This document shows positions 32,505-41,897 of a DNA stretch of 50,662 bases, in pieces. A program made the translations under genes and the position numbers. The notes under the pieces are model-generated. The model worked only from the letters and a program-made list of their open reading frames with translations, had not been told where the DNA came from and made no database searches. The stretch is from Pseudomonadota bacterium (GTDB lineage Bacteria; Pseudomonadota; Gammaproteobacteria; Burkholderiales; Burkholderiaceae_C). The stretch covers positions 1 to 50,662 of the forward strand of contig JAKAFC010000001.1 of NCBI GenBank assembly GCA_021818065.1. The letters are read 5' to 3'. Position 1 is the first letter of the stretch; every line of letters starts with the position of its first letter.

Positions 32505-35102
32505 TCAGTTGGCCGGCGGGGTGTAGCTCACCAGGTTGGCGGTGGGCAGCGTGGCGCTGTAGTTCAACACCAAGCCCGTGGGGGCGCTGGCGGTGTACAG
32601 GTTCAAACCAGCGACTTGCAGCGGGCTCAGCACGTTGACGTTGCTGTTGGTGTTGACCGTGATGTTGCCGGAGTTGATCTTGCCGGTCATCAGGTAGATG
32701 CCCGCACCACCCGTGGCCTGGTACGGCAGGGCGTTCGACAGCGCGCCAGTGCCAGTAGCACCAACGGTGATGGTCTTGGTGGTGTCCACCGTCGCCACCT
32801 TGCCAGCTTGCAGCGTCGAGGCGTACACCAAGCCAGGCCAGTAGAAGTCAGCATTGCTGTTGGCGTTGCCGTTCAGCGTCAGATTGCCGCCTTGCGCACG
32901 GATGAACAGGTTGCTCGGCACGAACCCGGTGTTGATCACCGTAGACGCGGTGCTGCCGAACAGACCGCTCACCGACGACGGCAGGGTTGCCGCCAGGGTG
33001 GTGTTGCCCACGCCCATCAGGTTGACGTTCTGCATGGCCGAGCCGAGGTTGCTCGGGGCGACGGTCAGGCTCACGCCGTTGGTGGCGTTGCTGCCGCCCA
33101 CGACCACAGCGTTGAAGAAGGCGTTGCTGGGTTGCGGGTTGGCGCTACCGTAGACGATGCCGCCAGCAATCGCACCACCAGCCGAAGCGTTGCCGTAGTT
33201 GAACGTGGCTGAGGAGGTGTTGATGGCTGCACCGGCGCCTTGGTAGTAGCTGTTGCCAGTGAAGGTGAAGCCAGCAGCGCCAGCTGCAGAAAGGCCACCG
33301 TATTGCAGCATGTTGCCGCCTGCCGTGGTCGGCCCGACCGTCACCTCAACGGTGCCCGCGCTCACGCCGCCGCTCGGCATGATGACCACGCCCAGGTTGT
33401 AAGCGCCGGTCCATACCTTGTTGGTCACCAACGACACCGTGCCTGCGGTACCCGCATTGACGTTGCCGTAAATCATCACCTGGTTATCCGCAGTGATGCT
33501 GGCAGTGGCTGCGTTGACATTGCCGTTGACCAGCACCGAACCGCCGGCTGCGCTGACGGTGGCAGTACCTGCCTGCACGGCACCACCCAGGTTCACACTG
33601 CCGTTACCCGCGTTCACCAAAAGCGTGCCAGTGGTGCCCACGTTCACAGCGCCGAGCGACACGGCGCCGGTCGCTGCGGAAACGGTTACTCCTGTTGCCG
33701 CCATACTGCCGGTGTAGTTGACGTTCCCCTTGGCAGCCTTGAGTGTGGTCGCACCCGAACTCATCAGACTGGCAGCACCCGTCAGATCACCCGTTTGGGC
33801 CAACAGGGTGACCGCACCGATGGTCGCAATAGTGCTGTTGTTGAGCACCTTGCCGCCGAGGTTGATCGAGCCCGCTGTGATGCCAAGACCGCCACCACCT
33901 TCGTAGATGGTGCCGGTGTTGACGAACGAAGCCAAGGTTCCGGTGTTCGTCACACCAGTCCCTGTGAGGGTGCCGGCGTTATTGACCGCCGCAGCCGTGC
34001 TGTTGCCGGCGAGCGTCGAAACACTCGCCTTGCCGTTGTTGGCGAAGGTGCCGCCAAACGTCAGCGTCGAAGCACTCAGGTTGGCGTTGTTGGTCACGTT
34101 GCCATTGAAGGTCGTGCCCGAAACCGTGGCATTGGCGTTGTTGACGAAGGTGTTGACGATCGACGTGCCGCCCAAGGTTACGTTGGCGCTATTGGTCAAC
34201 GTGCCGCCGACGGTGGCGTTGTTCAGGGCCACCGAGCTGACGATGTTCACCGCACCTGCCGCACCCAGATTGCCCACGGTCATGGCTGCGTTGCCACCCA
34301 GGTTGGCAACGGCACCGCTCGCAACGACCGAAGACCCGAGGTTCACGGTGGTACCCGCCGTCACACTCGAACCCGCCGCAACGTTTGCAGCGCCAGCAGC
34401 CGAACCAGTGTAGGAGCCCAAGTTCACTTGGCCAGCACCCGCCACCAGCAGGTAGCCGGCGTTGACGGTGGCGCCGTTGGATACAGTGACCGCGCCGCCG
34501 TTGGTCGAGGTGGTGCTGCCCGCAGAACCGCCGCCGGTGATGGACGGCGCCGTGCCACCCACGACACCCACGGTAACCGTACCAGCCGTGGCAAAGTTCG
34601 CAGCGTCAGCTTGATAGCCCACCAGCGCCACGTAGCCCGCAGCGATGCTGGCGGAACCGCCGACGACCACACCGTTGGGGTTGGCAATAAACAGACCGGC
34701 GACACTCGTCGTGTTCAGGGAGCCATAGATGTTCGAAGCTTGGCCCGTCAGATCGGACACCAGCACGTTCGCATTGGCGGCGGTGGCGGTGAGCTGTAGC
34801 GACGCGGAGGCACCGATGTTGAAACCCGCAACCGTGGAGGCGGTCGCGCCGCTGGCAATGGAGACAGGCACCGCGGTGCTCACCGAGCCAGCACTCGCAC
34901 CACCGAACTGCAGCACAGCGTTGCTAGAAATGCCGGTGATCGTGCCAACGCTACCAGTGATGCTGTAGGTGAGGCCTTGGTTGCTCAGAAATGCGCCGGG
35001 CAGCGCATTGGCTGCGGGCGCCGCAGCGTGGGCCACGCCGCTCATTGCCACCAGCAGCGAGGCAGCAACGGGGGTGAGCTTGAACATTGTTTTGCGGTTC
35101 AT
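32505..35102 (-). CDS. Secreted TpsA-like (haemagglutinin/TPS motif) beta-helical surface protein, putative S-layer or adhesin
   Basis: Sec signal ending VAHA; ASNIYGSL..LFIANPNGVVVG TPS motif; A/G/T/V/N/S-rich, no Cys seen, very few charged residues; AGGAG RBS. Confidence 0.75.
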   Translation of the reverse strand: MNRKTMFKLTPVAASLLVAMSGVAHAAAPAANALPGAFLSNQGLTYSITGSVGTITGISSNAVLQFGGASAGSVSTAVPVSIASGATASTVAGFNIGASASLQLTATAANANVLVSDLTGQASNIYGSLNTTSVAGLFIANPNGVVVGGSASIAAGYVALVGYQADAANFATAGTVTVGVVGGTAPSITGGGSAGSTTSTNGGAVTVSNGATVNAGYLLVAGAGQVNLGSYTGSAAGAANVAAGSSVTAGTTVNLGSSVVASGAVANLGGNAAMTVGNLGAAGAVNIVSSVALNNATVGGTLTNSANVTLGGTSIVNTFVNNANATVSGTTFNGNVTNNANLSASTLTFGGTFANNGKASVSTLAGNSTAAAVNNAGTLTGTGVTNTGTLASFVNTGTIYEGGGGLGITAGSINLGGKVLNNSTIATIGAVTLLAQTGDLTGAASLMSSGATTLKAAKGNVNYTGSMAATGVTVSAATGAVSLGAVNVGTTGTLLVNAGNGSVNLGGAVQAGTATVSAAGGSVLVNGNVNAATASITADNQVMIYGNVNAGTAGTVSLVTNKVWTGAYNLGVVIMPSGGVSAGTVEVTVGPTTAGGNMLQYGGLSAAGAAGFTFTGNSYYQGAGAAINTSSATFNYGNASAGGAIAGGIVYGSANPQPSNAFFNAVVVGGSNATNGVSLTVAPSNLGSAMQNVNLMGVGNTTLAATLPSSVSGLFGSTASTVINTGFVPSNLFIRAQGGNLTLNGNANSNADFYWPGLVYASTLQAGKVATVDTTKTITVGATGTGALSNALPYQATGGAGIYLMTGKINSGNITVNTNSNVNVLSPLQVAGLNLYTASAPTGLVLNYSATLPTANLVSYTPPAN

Positions 35103-35137
35103 CTAATACTCCTATTGTGGTGAGGAATGATGCTTGC

Positions 35138-35200
35138 GCCCAGTTCAGATGCCGGCAGCGCCGGTGTCCCCTCGCCCGGCATTGTGCCGGCTGTTTGGGC
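35138..35200 (-). promoter_or_regulatory. Structured 5' leader of the surface-protein mRNA
   Basis: Nested pairings GCCCA/TGGGC, GCCGGCA/TGCCGGC, GCCGG/CCGGC. Confidence 0.55.
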
Positions 35201-35217
35201 ATTCGAACGTTAGGACG

Positions 35218-35245
35218 ACATTACTGTAGCGGAACTCGTTGTCAA
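35218..35245 (-). promoter_or_regulatory. Sigma70-type promoter of the surface-protein gene
   Basis: TTGACA (35245-35240) - 16 nt - TAATGT (35223-35218). Confidence 0.6.
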
Positions 35246-35318
35246 AAGGCTAGTGGTCCTCCTCGTGGTTCGGCCAAGTTGCGTATGCGCAACAAATCAA
35301 GCAAGCTTCATGCCGACT

Positions 35319-37466
35319 TCAGCGAAGGTGCATGTCGGCAGGCGCCTCGCCCTGGGTGTGGCGCGCCCAGGCCTTGGCGAAGGCTTGCTCGAGACGTGCA
35401 ACCTGGGCGGCCGTGTTGAAGAGGTCAGCCGTGGGCACGGTGGCGCGCAAGTGGGCTTTGAGCGCCTGGACCTGCTCGGGTTGGTGCGCGAGTTCGATGG
35501 CCTTGGCCTCGTAGGCGGCAAGGTCGGGCACGGCCAACTGCGGCAGACCCAGGTGACCGAGCAGACTTTGGCCGACGCGCGTGATGTAGCTGCGGCCCTG
35601 CGTGGTGAGCAGGGGCACACCGGCCCAAAGGGCGTCGGAGGCGGTGGCGCCAGCGTTGTAGGCCGGGGTGTCGAGAAACAAGTCCATGAGCTGCTGGCGA
35701 GCGAGGTTGGAGGGCTGGTCCATGTACCCGGCGAACAGAAGTCGGTCTGGTGACACGCCATGGTGCCGGGCTTGGTCGCGCAGACGCTCGACGACCGGGG
35801 TATCGGTGGCCAGCAGCGCCAGGCGGGCGTGTGGTGCGGCTTTGAGGATGCGCATCCAGGCCGCAAAGATGTCGGCGTCGATCTTGTAGTTGTTGTTGAA
35901 GCAGTAGAGCAGGAACCAGTCGGGATCGATGCGGAAGCTCTCGCGGGTGTACTGCGGCCCGGCCGGAAGACTGCGGTGGGAGTTGACCTGATAGACAGGC
36001 AGGTAGATGACGGCTTCGCTGCGAAGCTGGGGCTGGTCGGGCGGCAGCAGCACCGGATCGGCGATGAGGTAATCGACGAAGGGCGCGCCGGTGGAGCCGG
36101 GGAACCCGAGATAGTGCATTTGCACCGGCGCGGGGCGGCGGGCGAGCACGGCCATGCGGCTGTCTGCCGTGTGCCCCATGAGATCGACGAGAACCTGGAT
36201 GCCGTCGGCCGCGATGCGCTGCGCCAACTCGGCGCTGGTGAAGCCGCGCGCCTCGACGAAATGTTCCACCTCGCTCTGGATGGCTTTGCGCTGCACCGAG
36301 CTGTCGTCCACGCCGGTGGAGTAGAAGAAAATTTCGAAGTGCTCGCGGTCGTGCAGAGCGAACATGCCCTGGAGCAAATGGCCCACCGGGTGGTTGCGGG
36401 CGTCGGCGCTGATGTAGCCGACACGCAGGCGCCCCTCGCGTTGTGCCGCGGCACCGTACAGCGGCTCGCCCACGTCTTGGGCGAGTTTGGCCGACTCGCT
36501 CCGCGCCACGGCCAGTTGCTCCTCGGGGCCGAAGGGCAGATACAGCGCGGTGAAGGCGCGGAAATCGGCATTCTGCCCGGCCTTCAGACGCTGGCGCACG
36601 CCGGCCAGGGCGTTGTCGATGGTGGTTTGCAAATAGTCGTCCCACAGGCAGAGCTGCCGGGCGATTTCGATGTAGCCGTCTTGTGCCGCGGGCATGGCCG
36701 GATCGAGTGCCAGCGCCTTTTTATAGTGCTCGATGGCCTTGGGCCGGTTGGCATGGCCGTTGAGCACGCCGACGTTGCACTGCACGACGGCGCTGTCAGG
36801 CGCGGCTGTCAGCAGCTTTTCGAAGGCCTGCAGGGCGTCCTCGCGGTGGCCCATGGCCATGTAGGCAACGCCGAGTTGGTTAAGAACGTTCAGGTCGCCC
36901 GGGGCGAGCAGGTGGGCCAGCTGAAACCAGGGCAAGGCGCCGGGGCCGTCGCCCTGGTTCCATAGGGCGCGACCGAGCCCGTAGGCAGCCATGGCATGGG
37001 TGGGCTTGAATTGGAGCGCCCGCCGGAAGCGGGACTCGGCCTCGCGTGCCTTGCCCTGCGCGAGCATGGCATCGCCGACGTTGAAGTGAGCCTCGGGGTT
37101 TTGCGGGGCGAGTTCGAGCGCCTTCTCGAGTGCAGCAAGGCCCTCGTCGGCGCGCCCCTGCAACAGCAGGACGCGGCCCAGGGTGTTGTAGTAGGCGGTG
37201 TGGTTGGGCAGAACGCGCAAGGCGCGGCGAACCAGCCGCTCAGCCTCCACCTGATCGCCTTTCTGGCTTTGCACCACCGCGAGCATGTGGAGGGCGTCGG
37301 GCTGGTCTGTGACCAGATCGAGCGCTTTGCGGTAATGGGGCTCGGCTTCCAGCACCCTGCCCTGCTGGTGCAGTGCGATGCCCTGATTGACCAACGTGCT
37401 GGCATGCGCATGAAAAGAGGGATCGGCGGCTTGGGGAACGATGAGGTCGGGCTCGGAATGGCTCAT
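35319..37466 (-). CDS. TPR-containing GT41 protein glycosyltransferase (OGT/SPINDLY-like)
   Basis: About 7 N-terminal TPRs; LRVGYISAD.RNHPVG, DLMGHT, RPAPVQMHYLGFPGSTG, FNNNYKI, DLFLDT, DALWAGVP. Confidence 0.9.
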   Translation of the reverse strand: MSHSEPDLIVPQAADPSFHAHASTLVNQGIALHQQGRVLEAEPHYRKALDLVTDQPDALHMLAVVQSQKGDQVEAERLVRRALRVLPNHTAYYNTLGRVLLLQGRADEGLAALEKALELAPQNPEAHFNVGDAMLAQGKAREAESRFRRALQFKPTHAMAAYGLGRALWNQGDGPGALPWFQLAHLLAPGDLNVLNQLGVAYMAMGHREDALQAFEKLLTAAPDSAVVQCNVGVLNGHANRPKAIEHYKKALALDPAMPAAQDGYIEIARQLCLWDDYLQTTIDNALAGVRQRLKAGQNADFRAFTALYLPFGPEEQLAVARSESAKLAQDVGEPLYGAAAQREGRLRVGYISADARNHPVGHLLQGMFALHDREHFEIFFYSTGVDDSSVQRKAIQSEVEHFVEARGFTSAELAQRIAADGIQVLVDLMGHTADSRMAVLARRPAPVQMHYLGFPGSTGAPFVDYLIADPVLLPPDQPQLRSEAVIYLPVYQVNSHRSLPAGPQYTRESFRIDPDWFLLYCFNNNYKIDADIFAAWMRILKAAPHARLALLATDTPVVERLRDQARHHGVSPDRLLFAGYMDQPSNLARQQLMDLFLDTPAYNAGATASDALWAGVPLLTTQGRSYITRVGQSLLGHLGLPQLAVPDLAAYEAKAIELAHQPEQVQALKAHLRATVPTADLFNTAAQVARLEQAFAKAWARHTQGEAPADMHLR

Positions 37467-37550
37467 GCGAGAACGGGGATGGAGGGAGCAAGGAAAGGCC
37501 TAGACAGCGCGCAATGGTAAGGCGTTAGCGGCCACGACCCTGCCGGTATC

Positions 37551-39170
37551 ATGCGGGCAACCCCCATCTCGAGTGCCTTGGCGCGCCGTGCGCGCCAAGG
37601 CATGGCTTCCTTCTCCCGCATGACAATCTCCATCGACGTCTTCACCCCCCCTCTTCAACCGCCCGCCGTGATCGAGTTGCGCTTGGCCCCGGGTGCTGCT
37701 GCCGCGCTGCGCGTGGAAAGCCATGGCTACATCTATGAAGTCACGGGCAATACACTGATGCCTGAGCAGGACATTCGTCGGCTACTCGCCGAGGCGGCCA
37801 CGCCGCAAGCGGCGATCGATGCGCTCAGCACCGCCTACCGCAAGGCGGGGCACCTGCTGGTCGCGCTGCGCGCGCAGGTGCAGGGCAACAATGTGACGCT
37901 CGCCGTCGTCCAGGGGCAAATCACGCAGATTCAGGCAGCTGCAGGCGTTCGGGGGTTCTACGACGGCGTGGAGTTCGATCCGCAGATCACGGAGAACCAG
38001 ATCATCCGCCGCAATATTCTGGCCGAGATGTACGCCAGCCGGAGCGGCCTGGGATTTCGTCCCAGCGTGGGGCCGGCGCCGCAACCCGGTGGCAGCGCAT
38101 TGACCATCGACACCCCAGAGCAACCGGGTTTCAGGCCCGTGAGTGGAAGCTTGACGCTGGGGAACTATGGCAGCCGTTATCTTGGGGGTTATGTGGCCGG
38201 CATCAACCTGCAGGCGCAACCCGGCGACGGATGGTTGTTCACCTCCAACTATAGCCACGGTTTGCCGAATTGGCTCAAGGACAGCGTTGGCAGCCGCTAT
38301 GACGCCGGTTCGCTCGGCATCAGCAAGGTAACCCCCTGGGGCATCTACGGCGCCAATCTCAACCGGACAAACTACCGCCTTGGTGTCGCCGGGGCGCCCT
38401 ATTATCCCGCCGGCCAAACGCAAACGGCGGCGCTCACCGGTTCGCAACTCGCGTGGGCCAGCGCCACGGCTCGGTTATCGCTGACGCAAACCTTCACCCA
38501 TGTGGCCTACAAAAGCACGGTCCTGGGCGGTGCCTACACGCTCTCTGACCAGAATTACAACTACGCGTCAGTCGGTTTACAGGTATCGCGCAATGTGCAA
38601 ATCGGGAATTTGACGGGGGCTGTCAACGGCGGCGTCACTTACAACCTCGGGGTGAGTGCCCCCCGAGGCACCATGGTGTACGACTTGTCATCTGCTCCGC
38701 AGACCCGTTTTCATTACTGGACGGCCAACCTAAGTTGGCAGCAGGCTCTGCCGCAAGGCTTCAGCGCCAATTTGTCTGCAAGCGGACAGTGGGGCCTCGA
38801 CACACTCCCCGGCAACCAGCAGTGGGTGGTCGGCGGTTACGGGAGTTTGTCTGCCTTCTCTTCGAGCCTGGCAGGCGATGGTGGTTACCTTCTGCGCGCC
38901 ACGCTTCAAACTCCTCCTTGGACTTGGCGCGGCTGGCAAGTTGCGCTTCAGGGTTTTGCTGAGCAGGGCGCTGCGACCACGCACTACAACCCTGCTAACA
39001 CGCCGGGCTGGCGTCTGTTGGCTGATATGGGCTTGGGATTGACCTTCACGTCTCCGTGGAAAACAAATCTCTCCATTATGGCGGCACGGCCGATTGCGCA
39101 AAAAAATGTCAGTGCTGCCGTATTTGACAGCCAGCGCGCGGTGTACTTTGTCTTGCAGCAACCTTTTTGA
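37551..39170 (+). CDS. ShlB/FhaC/HecB (TpsB, Omp85) family translocator
   Basis: POTRA (YEVTGNTL..AYRKAGHL..QGQI), barrel start GNYGSRYLG, amphipathic strands, GDGGY, terminal Phe; start uncertain (37551/37602/37620). Confidence 0.75.
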   Translation: MRATPISSALARRARQGMASFSRMTISIDVFTPPLQPPAVIELRLAPGAAAALRVESHGYIYEVTGNTLMPEQDIRRLLAEAATPQAAIDALSTAYRKAGHLLVALRAQVQGNNVTLAVVQGQITQIQAAAGVRGFYDGVEFDPQITENQIIRRNILAEMYASRSGLGFRPSVGPAPQPGGSALTIDTPEQPGFRPVSGSLTLGNYGSRYLGGYVAGINLQAQPGDGWLFTSNYSHGLPNWLKDSVGSRYDAGSLGISKVTPWGIYGANLNRTNYRLGVAGAPYYPAGQTQTAALTGSQLAWASATARLSLTQTFTHVAYKSTVLGGAYTLSDQNYNYASVGLQVSRNVQIGNLTGAVNGGVTYNLGVSAPRGTMVYDLSSAPQTRFHYWTANLSWQQALPQGFSANLSASGQWGLDTLPGNQQWVVGGYGSLSAFSSSLAGDGGYLLRATLQTPPWTWRGWQVALQGFAEQGAATTHYNPANTPGWRLLADMGLGLTFTSPWKTNLSIMAARPIAQKNVSAAVFDSQRAVYFVLQQPF

Positions 39171-39177
39171 ATCGTCT

Positions 39178-40047
39178 ATGCAAAATCTACGCTTTTCGCC
39201 CTTTTCTCGTGGTGCACGCCTGCAATCTGGTGGCTTGCTCTTCTGTTTTCTCGTGTTTGCCTTTACCACTTCTGCGCAAGCACAAGATTTATTGCGCGTC
39301 AATCATCAGACGATTACGCTTGAAGAAGTCGAGGCCGTCAACGCTGCGGCAGCAAATGATCAGGCGGTTCGCCAGCAAGTGACCGAACAATTGGCTCAAC
39401 AAATTCTCTTGGCTGGAACGGTGCACACCGTACCGGCAGAGCTAAACCAGCGGATCGACGCCGCACAAATTAACGTCAAACGCCAGAATTTGGCCCAGTT
39501 CGCGGCCGATTCCTACCTGCAAGCAAACCCGATTACGGAAGCCCAAATCGAGGCGCAATACCAAAAGCTGATGGCGACACAACCCAAAACCCAGTACTGG
39601 GTGCGCTGGATTGTCGTCAAAACCCCAGATGCGGCGAAATCCGTCCTTGATGCACTCAAAAACGGCAAGCAGGATTTTGCCGAAGTGGCAGTCGCCCAAA
39701 GCATCGGTCAAAACGCAGAGCTTGGCGGAGCATTGGGCTGGCAAACGGAGCAGTCTCTGCCAGCTGCGGTCTTGGCTGTGGTGCGCAAACTGCGAACGGG
39801 TCAGGTCGCTGGTCCGATTGCCCTCGACAGTGGGTACGCCATCGTGCAGTTGGTGGCGCAGCGAGCAGCACCGCAACCCACACTCGAACAACTCAGGCCA
39901 CAAATCGTGCTTCAACTGCGCAACGCTGCACTCCAACAGTATGTGCAGACGCTGGCCAAGAGCGCAACCATCGAGAACTTGATGCAGCAAGCGCCCCAAC
40001 AGGGTGCTGCGGCCGCAAAACAGGATGCCAACCATGCCAAACCTTGA
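39178..40047 (+). CDS. Exported PpiC/parvulin-type peptidyl-prolyl isomerase or chaperone
   Basis: Signal peptide ending AQA; YWVRWIVV, DFAEVAVAQS, GGALGW, GPIALDSGYAIVQL. Confidence 0.8.
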   Translation: MQNLRFSPFSRGARLQSGGLLFCFLVFAFTTSAQAQDLLRVNHQTITLEEVEAVNAAAANDQAVRQQVTEQLAQQILLAGTVHTVPAELNQRIDAAQINVKRQNLAQFAADSYLQANPITEAQIEAQYQKLMATQPKTQYWVRWIVVKTPDAAKSVLDALKNGKQDFAEVAVAQSIGQNAELGGALGWQTEQSLPAAVLAVVRKLRTGQVAGPIALDSGYAIVQLVAQRAAPQPTLEQLRPQIVLQLRNAALQQYVQTLAKSATIENLMQQAPQQGAAAAKQDANHAKP

Positions 40048-40075
40048 GCCCACATTCTCTGCAACGCGCGTTACC

Positions 40076-40480
40076 ATGATGCATCGCTTCGTTCGATTGG
40101 TGCTGGGGATGGTTGTGTTGGCATTGGCTGCCTGCGCCGCCCAGCAGGACGTGACCGTTCAGCGCGAGACAACCCAAATCTTTCCAGCAACGACTTTGGT
40201 TGCCGTGCTGCAGGCTTTGCCAGCAGGGGCCTACGAACGCATTGCCGTGCTCGACGTGCAGGGACCTCCAGGCACACCCACTGCCCAACTCCTCGCCCAA
40301 TTACAAGCCAAGGCCGCCGCACTTGGTGCAAACGCCATTGTGGTGGAGGATTTGAGCACCAAGCAGGGTGGCACGTTGCAATACAACCCTTCTGGTGGTG
40401 CATTTACCACCTCACCGAGCATTATCGTGCCCCGTCTGCGGGCTGTGGCGATACGTCAGCCTCCAGAAAGTACTCGGTGA
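40076..40480 (+). CDS. Small lipoprotein (YbjQ/RcsF-like motif)
   Basis: Lipobox LAAC; YERIAVL..LQAKAAALGANAIVV; alternative start 40034. Confidence 0.7.
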   Translation: MMHRFVRLVLGMVVLALAACAAQQDVTVQRETTQIFPATTLVAVLQALPAGAYERIAVLDVQGPPGTPTAQLLAQLQAKAAALGANAIVVEDLSTKQGGTLQYNPSGGAFTTSPSIIVPRLRAVAIRQPPESTR

Positions 40481-40484
40481 GAAT

Positions 40485-41177
40485 ATGAGACAGTCGGCAG
40501 TAACTCGTTTTGTTGTCGCAACACGCGAAGATAAGGATGTTTTTTTTTCGAAGACCGCGACAGGCCGGTCGTTATCACGATTAATTCTCGATGGCGCAGA
40601 ACTGCGACTCTTTCCTTCAAACAGAATTGGGCTGCCAGTTATTTACAACCAAGCGATTGAAGAAGCACGGAACAACCCTGCAATTCTTGTTTTTGTGCAT
40701 GATGATGTGCATTTTCTCGACTTCTTCACGCTCAGACGTATTGCAGAAGGTCTCGAAATTTTTGATGTACTCGGTGTCGCCGGAAATAAGCGGAGATTAC
40801 CAAGTCAACCTAGCTGGGCTTTTATCAATACAGAGCTGGCCTGGGACACATCGGAACATTTGAGCGGTGTGGTTGCACACGGAAAGACATTTCCCCCACG
40901 GCAAGTAACGCGCTACGGAGATCCACGTCAGGCTGTTAAACTGTTAGATGGATTATTTCTCGCCGCGAAAAGTGATATTTTGTTCGATTCAAAAACCGCC
41001 TTCGATGAACGTTTTGATTTCCATTTTTATGACCTAGACTTTTGCAGGCAGGCCGAGAAGAACGGTCTAACTTGCGGCACATGGGATTTATCTTTGATGC
41101 ATGAAAGCGGAGGTTTTTTTGGTGGCGATAACTGGCAAAATAACTATAAACGCTACATAGAAAAATGGGGTGAATAA
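40485..41177 (+). CDS. Glycosyltransferase-like protein (GT-A, HDD motif)
   Basis: GLPVIYNQAI, VFVHDDV, VLGVAG, LLDGLF, FDERFDFHFYDLD; AT-rich. Confidence 0.7.
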   Translation: MRQSAVTRFVVATREDKDVFFSKTATGRSLSRLILDGAELRLFPSNRIGLPVIYNQAIEEARNNPAILVFVHDDVHFLDFFTLRRIAEGLEIFDVLGVAGNKRRLPSQPSWAFINTELAWDTSEHLSGVVAHGKTFPPRQVTRYGDPRQAVKLLDGLFLAAKSDILFDSKTAFDERFDFHFYDLDFCRQAEKNGLTCGTWDLSLMHESGGFFGGDNWQNNYKRYIEKWGE

Positions 41178-41856
41178 ATTGAAAAACGCCCGGCAGACAC
41201 CTGCCCACTACGAACACAATCCCGATTTGCTCGGAATTATCCCGATAGACACTCGCAGCATAATTGAAGTGGGATGTAGTTACGGCGCCCTCGCTAGAGA
41301 ATACAAAAAAATAAACCCATCATGCTATTATGTTGGGGTCGATATTGATGATTCTTATACTGCAATCGCATCGGACTACTGCGATATTTGTTACAATATT
41401 GACCTTGAACAAGCTGACGAAGCCTTTTGGCAAAAGGCCGGTGACCGGCAGGGCTGGATTTTCGGCGACACCTTGGAGCACTTCCGAGACCCATGGACTA
41501 TTCTCCGAAAAATTGTCAAAGTTTTGCCATCAGATGGCTACGTCGCCGCATGCGTCCCGAACGCACAGCACTGGAGTGTTCAGGCCCGCCTCAGTATTGG
41601 TGACTTTCGCTACGCTGATAGTGGATTATTCGATCGGACTCATTTGCGTTGGTTCACACGCCAGACATTGCTTGAACTTTTTCAGGATTGTGGCCTTCAA
41701 ATCATTGAAGGCCATCCAAGGATTTTTCATGAACCTCAACGTGAAGATTTCCTAGCAGTTATCGAGGAAATGGCCCGCGTTGCGGGCGTCGATCCGCAAC
41801 TTGCGGTTCAAGACTCAATACCTCTTCAGTACGTCATTCGAGCAATTCGTGCGTAA
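41170..41856 (+). CDS. Class I SAM-dependent methyltransferase
   Basis: [40 protein letters not shown]; AT-rich; GTG start overlaps upstream stop. Confidence 0.85.
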   Translation: MNKLKNARQTPAHYEHNPDLLGIIPIDTRSIIEVGCSYGALAREYKKINPSCYYVGVDIDDSYTAIASDYCDICYNIDLEQADEAFWQKAGDRQGWIFGDTLEHFRDPWTILRKIVKVLPSDGYVAACVPNAQHWSVQARLSIGDFRYADSGLFDRTHLRWFTRQTLLELFQDCGLQIIEGHPRIFHEPQREDFLAVIEEMARVAGVDPQLAVQDSIPLQYVIRAIRA

Positions 41857-41897
41857 CGATTTTTCAGTCGATAAATTCAACTGTAGGTAATTTGGGG

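Noticed and set aside
32505-35102. Autotransporter or CdiA toxin
   Set aside because: No C-terminal beta-barrel or terminal aromatic residue, no VENN/toxin domain, no immunity gene before the terminator
35138-35200. Known riboswitch (e.g. c-di-GMP)
   Set aside because: No recognisable consensus; kept only as a structured leader
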